In this document: positions 28,050 through 37,625 of the stretch, piece after piece
Position numbering within the stretch: the first letter of the stretch is position 1
Layout: every line of letters begins with the position of its first letter
NCBI GenBank assembly: GCA_021836035.1
Contig: JAKBJL010000005.1
Coordinates: forward strand, 1-43,347
DNA length: 43,347 nucleotides
Direction: 5' to 3'
Origin: a bacterium
GTDB taxonomy: Bacteria > Patescibacteriota > Microgenomatia > JAMCZE01
Translations under genes and position numbers: made by a program
Notes under the pieces: generated by a model
Seen by the model: the letters and a program-made list of their open reading frames with translations, nothing else
The model's database searches: none
Told to the model about the DNA's origin: nothing

Positions 28050-29222
28050 ATGGCATTAAGCGAAGAAGAAATTGCCAGGCACAAGGCGGAAAGCGACGCC
28101 GAATTCCAAAGGCTAATTGTCAGGGGAGAAGAAAAAGACGGCTCCCAAATCCCGGATTCCCCCCCGGAAAATAAGCACCCCAAAAAAGAAAAAATTCCCT
28201 TTATTAAAAGGCTTCTGGGTAAAGATCGTATTTATATCAGCAGCGTCATCGAGAAAATGATTGAGATCACCGACGAAAATAAGCCGCCGGCAGATAATCC
28301 CTCGGGAGAGCTAAAGAAACGACGGACAAGAAGCAAAAGGGAAGAAATGCTCTCTAAGAAAGGCGGCTTTATAGGCCACGATATTATTCCCTTAATCGTA
28401 ATTGCTGCCCAAAACCCCCGTATCTCCCTTTCTTCTCTGGAAAAAACGTTCCCTTCAAAAACTCCCACGGAAATTAAAAAATTGAAAAGCCGGATTGAAG
28501 CGGCCCTAAAACCAGAGGAATCGGTAACCGATTTACCGGTGGATATTTTAACCCTCATTGAATCCTCAAAGGATATTAAAGGTTATGATGAATGGTACTG
28601 GAGCCGGTACGAAAACAGGAAAGACAACAAAAAACAAAAGGCATGGGAAAAACAACGCGCCGCGGGGCAAGATACTTTTCTGGATATCAACGCTTATTAT
28701 CAGAAACCGCCCCGTGATATTTTGGTCCGCTCGGCGGGAGAAATTGCCCGGCAGGTAATTTATCACCCCCTGCTTTCTGATCCCGAAACCCGCCTAGAAA
28801 TCGAGCGCTCGCAGATTACCCCTACCGCTACCGATTTCTTTATTTCCAGCCGCGATGATATTTTATTAATTGATCGGGACGGCAATCGGTTTCCGCTGGA
28901 GCTGAAACCGCATCCGGTCGGCGGGAAAAGGGTAAGAATCGAAACTTTTGCCGCTCTTAAAATTAACGAGGCGGCAAAAAGAGGCGGATTTAATCGGGTG
29001 GTTAACATCTATCCGCGGGGAGAAGAAAGTTATCACATTGACGTTGCCAAATCGCTCATCGAAGGCACTTTTGTCCCGCCCGGGATTTATCATGTTATTT
29101 TGGGTCTGAATTTTAACGGAGAAGCGTATTATCCCCAGGTTATCCTGGACCCGCCGACGTTGGCAGTATTGGAAGAAACTTTTACGGAAGCCTTAAAGCG
29201 CCTCACCGGCGCCGACCTCTGA
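28050..29222 (+). CDS. hypothetical protein; C-terminal region has a possible PD-(D/E)xK-like signature
   Basis: I prefer the ATG at 28050 (MALSEEEIARH) over the TTG at 28002. It has a charged, low-complexity N-terminal third. The C-terminal ATDFFISSRDDILLIDRDGNRFPLELKP fits D...E-x-K spacing, which is speculative. Confidence 0.5.
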   Translation: MALSEEEIARHKAESDAEFQRLIVRGEEKDGSQIPDSPPENKHPKKEKIPFIKRLLGKDRIYISSVIEKMIEITDENKPPADNPSGELKKRRTRSKREEMLSKKGGFIGHDIIPLIVIAAQNPRISLSSLEKTFPSKTPTEIKKLKSRIEAALKPEESVTDLPVDILTLIESSKDIKGYDEWYWSRYENRKDNKKQKAWEKQRAAGQDTFLDINAYYQKPPRDILVRSAGEIARQVIYHPLLSDPETRLEIERSQITPTATDFFISSRDDILLIDRDGNRFPLELKPHPVGGKRVRIETFAALKINEAAKRGGFNRVVNIYPRGEESYHIDVAKSLIEGTFVPPGIYHVILGLNFNGEAYYPQVILDPPTLAVLEETFTEALKRLTGADL

Positions 29223-29247
29223 CACATCTTTACTTTCGCGTTATAAT
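29219..29247 (+). promoter_or_regulatory. strong promoter in front of the 29248/29257 gene, overlapping the upstream stop codon
   Basis: CTGACA (29219-29224), a 17-nt spacer, then TATAAT (29242-29247). The ATGs lie 0 nt (29248) and 9 nt (29257) downstream. Confidence 0.55.
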
Positions 29248-29784
29248 ATGCAGACCATGGCGGAAAAAGAACCCAGGATAATCAATATGGGCCTTCCGAT
29301 CCCCGAAGGGTACGAAGTGGCTAAGGTTAGTGTTAGGCTTAAAAAGCGCTCCCCGCGGATATCCGAACAAAACCTAAGAGAGACAGAACGGTATGTGAAT
29401 AAAATAATTGAAGGAAAAGTGGAAACTGCTTCTTTTTATGCAGATGTTCAGGATTATATCGCCAACAACGAACAACCGCTAGTAAACTTAATAGGGGGCG
29501 CGAAAAGGGACACCGATGTGAATATCGAGGATACCTTCGATCTGAATGAGCCGGAGCAAAGACAAAATTTAGGTCGGAAATTAGATAGCTTGGCTATCTC
29601 CCCAAAAGAATTTAACCACAAAGTAGCAGAAGATTTAAAAGCCACCGAAAATTGGTCAGATGCCTGGAGCGCGCGACGAACCGCTCTCGCCCGCCTCGTT
29701 TATAAAAGACTCAAAAAGGATAATCCGCAAGAAACTCCCCAAAACCTCCAGCATAACATCCGCCGCCTGACTGTCCGCAAATAA
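29248..29784 (+). CDS. hypothetical protein (the start may be the ATG at 29257)
   Basis: A 178 aa ORF with no competing ORF and no motif I recognise. Confidence 0.5.
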   Translation: MQTMAEKEPRIINMGLPIPEGYEVAKVSVRLKKRSPRISEQNLRETERYVNKIIEGKVETASFYADVQDYIANNEQPLVNLIGGAKRDTDVNIEDTFDLNEPEQRQNLGRKLDSLAISPKEFNHKVAEDLKATENWSDAWSARRTALARLVYKRLKKDNPQETPQNLQHNIRRLTVRK

Positions 29785-29898
29785 AATTCCGAAAATTAAC
29801 CGAAGCGGAAAAGGACAAAAGAAGATAAGAAGTCGTTATTCGGGGAAACTCCCAAGACCTCCGTGATACTTCAGCGTGCTCAGGGTAAACACTTTTAC

Positions 29899-30585
29899 TT
29901 ACTCAGTATCAGGATGCTTTTTTTTCCTCGAACAAAAGACTACGGTATTATAAATAGTATGCGTATAATTTACCCTAATCTTCTTTGTTATTACAAAAAA
30001 AGGCGCTAATTTGTCAAGGAATTTGCCAGGTTCAAAATTGCTTGATTTGGTCGTCAAAAGGTTAAAAATCAGGGTCCCGGTCTTGGTTAGGTTTTGATCT
30101 AGTTTGTTAAAGAAAACCCGATGGGTAAATCTTTTATCAAAACTCCGGCCATTATAGAGATCCACGGCTATCAGGTCAAATTTTGCCTGTTTAGAATTAT
30201 TCAGAAAACTTAAGGCATCATCGTTAACAATTTTCAGGGGCGCTGTTTTTCCCAAACCGAAATATTTTTTTCCCAAAGCAAGCATCACCGGATCAATCTC
30301 TACCCCTACTATCTGCGCTTGAGGAAATTTCTTAGCGAGATAATTTACCATCGCTCCGCAGCCCAACCCTAAAATCAGCAGCTTGCCGCCCCGCTCCATT
30401 TCTATATTGTCCGTTGCTTTCTTCCATAAACCGGCAACTATCGGTCCGGATTGTTCAAAACCGCCGACCCAGGCGGCGTAGTGATTTCCAAATTTAACTA
30501 TTTTGATTTTACCGTTAAAGTCCGAAGGTTTAACTTCCATCGTCCGGGGAAAGAAGAAGCTGTATAAGTCAGGATTTATTTTCAT
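29899..30585 (-). CDS. spermidine-synthase-like / class I SAM-dependent transferase
   Basis: It has LILGLGCGAMVNYL (SAM motif I), VGVEIDPVML and DLIAVDLY. The start is uncertain: TTG at 30609, ATG at 30585 or ATG at 30540. Confidence 0.65.
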   Translation of the reverse strand: MKINPDLYSFFFPRTMEVKPSDFNGKIKIVKFGNHYAAWVGGFEQSGPIVAGLWKKATDNIEMERGGKLLILGLGCGAMVNYLAKKFPQAQIVGVEIDPVMLALGKKYFGLGKTAPLKIVNDDALSFLNNSKQAKFDLIAVDLYNGRSFDKRFTHRVFFNKLDQNLTKTGTLIFNLLTTKSSNFEPGKFLDKLAPFFVITKKIRVNYTHTIYNTVVFCSRKKKHPDTE

Positions 30586-31570
30586 AACGGGCCAGAGCGA
30601 TATGGACAATTTCCTCTAAAAATTGCGGGTAGGCCAGGCCCGCTGCTTTTGCCGAACGGGAAGCGCCGTCTTCCAACCCGATGCCCGGATTGGCGTTTAC
30701 TTCCAAAATATACGGTACGCCGGATTTATCCAGGCGGATATCTACCCGACCGTAATCGCGGCACCCGGTCAAACGGTAAGCCGAAAGGGCGGTATCCGCG
30801 ACTTTTTTTCTGACCTGTTCCGCTAAATCCGCCGGGCAAATACCGTTGGTTTCTTTATATTTCCAACTATCAATCTCCCATTTGGCCGCGAAATCCACTA
30901 CTTTATAATGATTTTTAAATGAAGGGCCGAAAATTATTTCGGAAATAGGCAATACCCTCGCCTGTTCCCCGTTTCCCAAAACCGTTACATTTAGTTCCCG
31001 CCCCTCAATGTATTCTTCAACCAACACCGGATCATCATATTCATCCCTGATTATCTGCATCTGTTTTTCGGCTGCCGGGCAGGTTTTTACTACAGAGGCC
31101 GCCCCAATACCCAAACTGGAATCTTCCGTAGCGGGTTTAACCACCAGGGGAAAAGATAATGCGGGGTCTAACCGCTCGCAACCAGAAAAAACCTGGTATT
31201 TCGGTGTCGGAATATCATGGGCGATTAATAATTTTTTAGTGGCTACTTTTTCCGTTGTCAAAATAATCGCTTTGGCGTCGGAACCGCTGAAGGGCTTGCC
31301 GCTTCTTTCCAGAAAAGCCGCCACATCGGCTTCGCTCTTGGCCATACCGCCGATACCAAAAGCGGAATTGAAATAAAAATCAGTGGGGTGGTTCTTTAGC
31401 CGCTTCACCGATTGTTCGTCAATCGCCAACAAATCCACAGTGTTCCCCAAGCTTTGTAAACCCCGGGCGATAGCCTCCGCGGTTTTTACCGTATCTTCAT
31501 CGGCCAAAATATCCAGGGGATTACCCACAGCCACTTTTCTGACCACATTGTAGGTCACGGTAATTTTCAT
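30569..31570 (-). CDS. D-alanine--D-alanine ligase-family ATP-grasp enzyme (substrate unknown)
   Basis: It has PLVVKPATEDSSLGI, VLVEEYIEGRELNVTVLG and GCRDYGRVDIRLDKSGVPYILEVNANPG. Its start overlaps the upstream stop as ATGA. Confidence 0.8.
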   Translation of the reverse strand: MKITVTYNVVRKVAVGNPLDILADEDTVKTAEAIARGLQSLGNTVDLLAIDEQSVKRLKNHPTDFYFNSAFGIGGMAKSEADVAAFLERSGKPFSGSDAKAIILTTEKVATKKLLIAHDIPTPKYQVFSGCERLDPALSFPLVVKPATEDSSLGIGAASVVKTCPAAEKQMQIIRDEYDDPVLVEEYIEGRELNVTVLGNGEQARVLPISEIIFGPSFKNHYKVVDFAAKWEIDSWKYKETNGICPADLAEQVRKKVADTALSAYRLTGCRDYGRVDIRLDKSGVPYILEVNANPGIGLEDGASRSAKAAGLAYPQFLEEIVHIALARYENKS

Positions 31571-32931
31571 TGCAGTTCCGTAAGCTCTTCCCGATAAATT
31601 TTGAGGAGAGGATTTTTCAACTCGTAAGGTAAGGTGCTGGTAGTATGAATACCGAAAAAACGCTCCCGCAATTCCCCTTCCCGGGCCCGGGCTTCAGCTA
31701 AATAAGTTTTGGCAAATCTTTTCATTAAAGCACCCTTAACTCCCCTACGGTAAGATAAAAGAAAAGCCAGGAGTTGTTCGTCACGGTCCAACCCGCTTTG
31801 ATCCGTCGGGCTGCTTTTGGGGACATCTCCGGGAAACAAAGTAAACAAATTTATTTTTCGCTCCGAGAGCATATTTTCATTAAATCCTACCCTATGGGGA
31901 CTGATCCCCAGGCCGGTGAGGTAAACGTAAATCCGGGCGCATTTACTGCACTTGCCGCACCATCTTTTGGTTTTGGCGACACTCTCTTCCTGAGGACAGG
32001 AAGTTTGGTATTTCGCAATAGCCGGATAACGCGAGTGCAGAATTTTTATGATCGCTAAATCATTCAGCGGCTCAATCAGGCTGGAAAAGACCGTATTGCT
32101 CCCTAACATTCTTACCAGATTGTTTTGGAAAAGCAGCCAATTGCGGTTTTGTTCAAAAGTGGGATTAATAATAAAACCCTCCTTATCGGTATAAGTACTG
32201 TTGCACTCCTGTTCATGAGACCAAAAGGTAAACCGGGCCCTCGAGCCGAAAACAAAAGGCAATAATAAAAGTGTATATTGGGTCATGAGAAGATCCCAGC
32301 CCCACCAATTACCGAAAGTCTGCCGCAGTCTTCCGGCAGAGACGGGAAAAAATTGAACATCAACCCCGAATTCGTTTAAAAAACGTTCTGCCAGTTTTTT
32401 CTTATGCCGGTTTTCGTAGGGGCTGCGCGGCTCGCGGAAAAATAGCGGATAGGGTTGAATTCCCAATTCCCGGGTCAGGGCAAAGGTTAATAAACTATCC
32501 TTGCCGAAAGAAAAAGGAATCACCGCGCGGTTTTTGGTATTGCGATTCACATGGGCAAACCGCGTCAAACGCGGACGCCCGGTAAATTGGATACTTAAAT
32601 GACGGTTGTAAAAAAGACGCAACAGATCAGAGGTACGAACATTTTCTTCTCCTAATAAAGTCGTCTCTCCTAAGGAATAAATCATGCCCTCAAAAAAGAA
32701 GGGCTCAAATTGCGGCGGCGGAAAATTATAAACTATATGCTTATGGCCGTTTAAACAAAGATGCATTGTCAGCGAATAAGCCAAAGCATCGGCGAAATTC
32801 TGATGATAAACCTCCGGAAATTCTCTCCAAATCGAAATAGGGTAGGTAATTTGGTAAGTTTTTCTTTCTAAGGAGATTTCGACACCGGTAGGAATTACTT
32901 TCCGAAATACTTTTGTTGCGTTCTGTTTCAT
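31567..32931 (-). CDS. PP-loop-like (adenine nucleotide alpha-hydrolase superfamily) protein with a C-terminal CxxCxxC knuckle
   Basis: It has AVIPFSFGKDSLLTFAL (an SxGxDS variant of SGGxDS) and WCGKCSKCARIY. It is the first gene of a three-gene coupled operon. Confidence 0.55.
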   Translation of the reverse strand: MKQNATKVFRKVIPTGVEISLERKTYQITYPISIWREFPEVYHQNFADALAYSLTMHLCLNGHKHIVYNFPPPQFEPFFFEGMIYSLGETTLLGEENVRTSDLLRLFYNRHLSIQFTGRPRLTRFAHVNRNTKNRAVIPFSFGKDSLLTFALTRELGIQPYPLFFREPRSPYENRHKKKLAERFLNEFGVDVQFFPVSAGRLRQTFGNWWGWDLLMTQYTLLLLPFVFGSRARFTFWSHEQECNSTYTDKEGFIINPTFEQNRNWLLFQNNLVRMLGSNTVFSSLIEPLNDLAIIKILHSRYPAIAKYQTSCPQEESVAKTKRWCGKCSKCARIYVYLTGLGISPHRVGFNENMLSERKINLFTLFPGDVPKSSPTDQSGLDRDEQLLAFLLSYRRGVKGALMKRFAKTYLAEARAREGELRERFFGIHTTSTLPYELKNPLLKIYREELTELQ

Positions 32932-32992
32932 CGTGGGCCGTTTCTACGGCCTAAGAATTATTTATTTAAAAAGATTATTTTAGTCTTTTTTT

Positions 32993-33020
32993 AGAATAAC
33001 AATTGTAGCGCAATTGTCAA
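32993..33020 (-). promoter_or_regulatory. promoter of the PP-loop/ATP-grasp/SAM-enzyme operon
   Basis: The minus strand reads TTGACA (33020-33015), a 16-nt spacer, then TATTCT (32998-32993). It is overlapped by two CAATTGT copies (33000-33006 and 33011-33017). Confidence 0.5.
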
Positions 33021-33158
33021 GTGCAAACAGCAAATTTTTATTTTTCATTTATTTATTAGATCAGCTGGCCGCGCATTCCTGCTGCCTGTTTGCTCACCGC
33101 GAACCGGAAAGGATATGGTCTGATTCTCGCTTCGGGGGGAAAGGAAATAAAATAAGAT

Positions 33159-34505
33159 TTATCTCGGGGTAATTACTTTTTTGCCGACATAATCCTGAAG
33201 TACTTCCGGGACTTTTACGGAACCGTCAGGATTCTGATAATTTTCCAATATTGCTATAATTGTCCGCGGCCCGGTGATACCCGTATCATTAACATTATGG
33301 ACAAACTTTTTCTGCCCATCGCTATCCGTGAATTTGGTGTTAAACCTCCGCGCCTGAAAATCCCCCGCATCGGTATTGCTACCCATTTCTACAAAGACCT
33401 GTTGTATCGGGAGCCAAACTTCAAAATCATATTTCCGGTAAGTTGCGAAATAACCGGAATCACCGCTGCACATTAAAATCACGTGGTAAGGAAGTTTCAA
33501 CTGTTGCAGCATCCACTCGTTAATATGTAACAAATGTTCCTGCATTTCCGGAGAACCTTCGGGCGTTGTCAGGGCATCCATCTCCAGCTTGTCGAACTGA
33601 TGGACCCGTTTTATTCCCCGGACATCTTTTCCCCAGGAACCGACTTCCGAGCGAAAGCAGGAAGTTACCGCAAAAAATTTTTGGGGCAAATCTTTATAAT
33701 CCAGGGTTTTATCCATATAATAGGCAAAAAGGGGCGGTTCTGAGGAACCAACCAGATAGAGATCGCTTCCTTCTTCTACATATTTATTTTCAATACGGTA
33801 AACCTGGTCCGCATCACCCGGAAAATGTGACGTGCCGTAAAGGGTTCTGGCACGAACCATTAGGGGAACAACCATCGGGGTAAAACCATCCTTAACCAGT
33901 TTATTTTTTAAAAGTTCAAAAATCCCGTACTGGATAAGCGCTGCTTCATTTTTTAAATAATAAAAACGGCTACCGGAGACAACACTACTTTGTTCTACGT
34001 CAATAATATCGAGCATTTTCCCAATTTCAACATGATCCCGGCCGGTAAAATCATGGGTGGGCATCTCTCTCTTGGAAAAATCCTTCAATCCCAGTTGCTC
34101 CTTTTTAAAATATCCCATGGCGGGACTCCAGGCTTTTATTTCCAGATTGTCGTTTTCGCCCGTGCCGATTGGGACATCAGCAGCCAGCATATTCGGAACC
34201 CAATCCATCACTTCCTGCCACTCTTTTTGGACTTCCGCAAATTCATCTTCCAACACCTCAATGCCCTCTTTTATCTTTTTCCCTTCCGCGGTTTTTTCCG
34301 GTGTGCGCTTTTGGGGATCCTTTAGCTCCTGCGCCAACTTGTTGCGGGCGGAACGTATGGTATCAATTTCGGCCATTAGTTTGTTTTTACGGCCGTCGAG
34401 AAGCAATAATTTATTTATATCCGCTTTTTGCGGATCCACCCGGCGGTTGAGAATATTCTGTTTTACCTCCTCCGGATGTTCGCGGATAAATTTTATGTCC
34501 AACAT
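33159..34505 (-). CDS. serS: seryl-tRNA synthetase
   Basis: It has MLDIKFIREHPE, a coiled-coil arm, SGSRFYYLKNEAA, TSCFRSE and TGPRTIIAILENYQ. Confidence 0.97.
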   Translation of the reverse strand: MLDIKFIREHPEEVKQNILNRRVDPQKADINKLLLLDGRKNKLMAEIDTIRSARNKLAQELKDPQKRTPEKTAEGKKIKEGIEVLEDEFAEVQKEWQEVMDWVPNMLAADVPIGTGENDNLEIKAWSPAMGYFKKEQLGLKDFSKREMPTHDFTGRDHVEIGKMLDIIDVEQSSVVSGSRFYYLKNEAALIQYGIFELLKNKLVKDGFTPMVVPLMVRARTLYGTSHFPGDADQVYRIENKYVEEGSDLYLVGSSEPPLFAYYMDKTLDYKDLPQKFFAVTSCFRSEVGSWGKDVRGIKRVHQFDKLEMDALTTPEGSPEMQEHLLHINEWMLQQLKLPYHVILMCSGDSGYFATYRKYDFEVWLPIQQVFVEMGSNTDAGDFQARRFNTKFTDSDGQKKFVHNVNDTGITGPRTIIAILENYQNPDGSVKVPEVLQDYVGKKVITPR

Positions 34506-34547
34506 ATTTAAAATTTAATAGGGTTCTTTACCTGCCACCATATTATA

Positions 34548-36695
34548 TTACCTTCTTTTGTATGCTACCAACAACCCGCAGCCGTAAAGAGCGATAGTTA
34601 GATACACCAGACTTTGCATACCCAGGAGAAAAGATAATATTTCCAGAAATCCCCCGATTACTGATCCCAGAAGATTGCTTCCCAAGACCGGAGCTTTTAC
34701 CCGGGACTCGAGATAAAACTTGGCAAAAATTATCGCAGAAAAAAGATGGGGAACAGTAAAGAAAGGAATGGATAGGGCGTATTTTTGCCAGCCGGAAAAG
34801 TTATTGAAAAAAGATGCCGGAATAAATAACTGCATAAGGAAGCTCAAAAATAACAGGATTACGGAAAGACGGAGGGGTGCTTTTTTAGCAACCGTAAGAA
34901 AGTTCGCCAGCAGGATAAAAATCATCACCCCGGTAATAATAAAAAGGTTCGTAGTCCAGGTGTTCCCGAAAACCAGGCTTGCCTTGCTGATGGTCCTGAA
35001 TTCGTAAAGCATAAAGCCGGCTCCGAAAAATAACATCGGCCAGTTAAGTCCGGATAAGTTTCCGGTATACCGCAGGGCCATAAACAAACAAAGGATGACC
35101 AAAAGCCCGATAATTAAATGCAGTGTCGGTAGTTGGGGCCTGCTTAAATAAATGTAGGGCCAGTCGTCGGACAGATTGTTAATCGAAGCCGGACTTACCG
35201 CGCGGTAATCCTGAACGTTGCGAGACACAAAGGAGGCCAGGTCGGTATTCTTTGCCAGAATATTATTTATAGTATTGCGGTCTTTACCGGTAACGAAGGC
35301 TATTCCCCCCCAACCATAGGCTCCCTCGCTGCGGACTTCAAAAACTTTAGGGGCAAAACCAAAGGCCTCCGTCATTGTCTGCTGAATCCTAGTCCCGATC
35401 CAGGGCCGGGTGACTTCAAAGGTCAAGAATAAGACACCGTCCGGTTTAAGTAAACTTTTTACCAGTCGCAGCGATTCTTCCGTATATAAATAATTATCCA
35501 GTTGGACATTTGTCAGCCCGGAACTGACAGTATGGGAATCAGCCAGACCCATGATAATCAGGTCGTATTTTTTACGCGCTTTGACCCGTTCCATATACCC
35601 ACGGCCATCGTCCACTGTGACGGCAACCGTGGGGGAGGAATAAGGTAATTCCGGATGATATTTCCGTCCCAGCTGGATTATCACCGGGTCAATTTCAACC
35701 ACTTCAACCGATTTTGCTTTTGCCCGAACGGCGGCCGCGGCATCATTTCCGCCCCCGCCGCCGATAATTAAAAGCTTGTCCGGCTGCGGTTTAAAATAAT
35801 AAGGCAAATCGTATTGGTTGGCATATGGCTTATCCTGGGGGTGCTTTATAAAAACAGCGTCAATAAATGTTTTTTTCTCCTGCAGGCTTTTGGCAGAGAG
35901 ATCAAGAAGCCCCATATAACCAGCGTTATTGACCTCCAAATACCAGCCGCTGGGCTTCTGTTTTACGCCGTAAATTACCGATAGGGTTAGTTTCTGGTAA
36001 GGGGACCAGAAAGTCACCGGTTTCTCGTAGGGCTGATAACTATTTTTGGGGATTAAGAGTACTACGGAAGCAAGAAAAAACATTAAGGCATAAGTCCTGG
36101 CTTTTTCTGTTTCAGATAACCAAAAAAGAAAAAACATGGCCAGTACCAGGCCAAAAAACGGAGAAATACCAAGATAAGAAAAGGCATTAAAAACCCACAT
36201 CCCCAGAATGGAACCGAGGATATTTACCGAATAACCTAAAAGCGGCGATTTCGCCTGATTTAATTTTCGGCCGATTTGTTGGCCGATCGGTACGAAAGAA
36301 AAGGCTATCAGGGCAAAAATGCCTAAAGTTAATATAATCCCGATAATAATCCCGGTTTTGGAAAAAGTATTTACCTGCAGCCAGATATAAGATTCGCTCA
36401 GGGGTGATAGCATCTCGGTGATACCGGAAAATATCTTAAATTCCAAATTGGGAAGGCGGATAATATATTTCCAGACTAAGACCACCAGAACGGCAAAGAA
36501 AGCTATGGAAGAATATTCTAAAGTAATTTTTTTCTTGAGCATCATGCCCAAACCCGTTCCTAAAAATACCGCTAATAAGATATAGTTGGAAAGGTAAGCA
36601 AAAATCCGGATTTCCGTTCCCATAAGTCTGATGATCAGAAGTTCCAAAAAGAGAGCGAGGGAACTAAGCAGAAATATTTCCAGGTATTTTTTCAT
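34548..36695 (-). CDS. polytopic membrane protein with a central spermidine-synthase-like SAM-binding domain
   Basis: It has about 7 N-terminal and 5 C-terminal hydrophobic segments. The central domain has LLIIGGGGGNDAAAAV, VEVVEIDPVII and YDLIIMGLADS. Its start overlaps the HD gene stop as ATGA. Confidence 0.75.
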   Translation of the reverse strand: MKKYLEIFLLSSLALFLELLIIRLMGTEIRIFAYLSNYILLAVFLGTGLGMMLKKKITLEYSSIAFFAVLVVLVWKYIIRLPNLEFKIFSGITEMLSPLSESYIWLQVNTFSKTGIIIGIILTLGIFALIAFSFVPIGQQIGRKLNQAKSPLLGYSVNILGSILGMWVFNAFSYLGISPFFGLVLAMFFLFWLSETEKARTYALMFFLASVVLLIPKNSYQPYEKPVTFWSPYQKLTLSVIYGVKQKPSGWYLEVNNAGYMGLLDLSAKSLQEKKTFIDAVFIKHPQDKPYANQYDLPYYFKPQPDKLLIIGGGGGNDAAAAVRAKAKSVEVVEIDPVIIQLGRKYHPELPYSSPTVAVTVDDGRGYMERVKARKKYDLIIMGLADSHTVSSGLTNVQLDNYLYTEESLRLVKSLLKPDGVLFLTFEVTRPWIGTRIQQTMTEAFGFAPKVFEVRSEGAYGWGGIAFVTGKDRNTINNILAKNTDLASFVSRNVQDYRAVSPASINNLSDDWPYIYLSRPQLPTLHLIIGLLVILCLFMALRYTGNLSGLNWPMLFFGAGFMLYEFRTISKASLVFGNTWTTNLFIITGVMIFILLANFLTVAKKAPLRLSVILLFLSFLMQLFIPASFFNNFSGWQKYALSIPFFTVPHLFSAIIFAKFYLESRVKAPVLGSNLLGSVIGGFLEILSFLLGMQSLVYLTIALYGCGLLVAYKRR

Positions 36696-37288
36696 GCTAA
36701 ACCCAATTCCGGGGCAATCCGCTGCATGCTTTGTAACACATTCCGGACAAAATTTTCAAGACTTATCCCCAGTTTTTCTTCGCATTTTAAGATGTCTCCC
36801 CGCCGGGCTCCGGCAGCAAAGTTTTTGGATTTGAATTTATCCAATACCTTTTCTACCGTAACCCCGGCCAGTTTTTTATCCGGTTGCACTAATGCGGTGG
36901 CCACTATTAAACCGGTCAGTTCGTCGCAGCTAAAAAGCGCCCATTCCATTTGATTTGACGGTTCTATACCGCGGTGCGATCCGCCATGGGATTCTATCCC
37001 GTGAAGCAACTCATGATCTGTCTCCCCTAATTCTTTAAGCCACTTCACCATCAATTTGGAATGATTTTTCATATCTGTTTTTGTCTCTTCATAATCCCCA
37101 TCATGCAGTAGCCCTACCATTTTCCATATTTCTTCCCGCGACTTTTCACCACCGTCTTTTATTACCATCGTTTTATATAGTCCTCCCATTGCCGCCTCAA
37201 CACTTAAACAATGCCGGCGCAAATTTTGATTTTGCATATGGCGAAAGAGCAGCTCCAGTGCCAGCGGTCGTGTTAGGAACATGGACAA
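36692..37288 (-). CDS. HD-domain phosphohydrolase
   Basis: It has RRHCLSVEAAM...VGLLHDGDYE...HGIESHGG. Confidence 0.72.
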   Translation of the reverse strand: MSMFLTRPLALELLFRHMQNQNLRRHCLSVEAAMGGLYKTMVIKDGGEKSREEIWKMVGLLHDGDYEETKTDMKNHSKLMVKWLKELGETDHELLHGIESHGGSHRGIEPSNQMEWALFSCDELTGLIVATALVQPDKKLAGVTVEKVLDKFKSKNFAAGARRGDILKCEEKLGISLENFVRNVLQSMQRIAPELGLA

Positions 37289-37291
37289 ATA

Positions 37292-37624
37292 TTACCGGAA
37301 GACGGTTAAGATGACAAGTGAAAAAACAATAAAAACAAATAGGGATATGGCTGAAGAAGTTACGATTCTCGCCGCAGCAGAAAGATCTTTTTTCTCCCAG
37401 AAAAGATAAAAAGGATAACCGAGAAAAATACCCGCGGAAAATATGGCCGAAAACACAAAGAGGGCTAAAAATAACATGGGGCCTAAAATACCGGGTTGGG
37501 GGCCAAATATCCGGTTGCCGCTAATCATCAGCCGGGCAATGCCGAAAATATAGATGAGAAAAATTAACGCCTGGAGGATGCCGAGATATTCCGGAGAAAG
37601 TCCTAACTTTTGCATTGCTTTCAT
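37292..37624 (-). CDS. small integral membrane protein (3 predicted TM segments)
   Basis: It has a hydrophobic profile. It is packed 1 nt after lysS and 3 nt before the HD gene. Confidence 0.5.
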   Translation of the reverse strand: MKAMQKLGLSPEYLGILQALIFLIYIFGIARLMISGNRIFGPQPGILGPMLFLALFVFSAIFSAGIFLGYPFYLFWEKKDLSAAARIVTSSAISLFVFIVFSLVILTVFR

Positions 37625-37625
37625 T

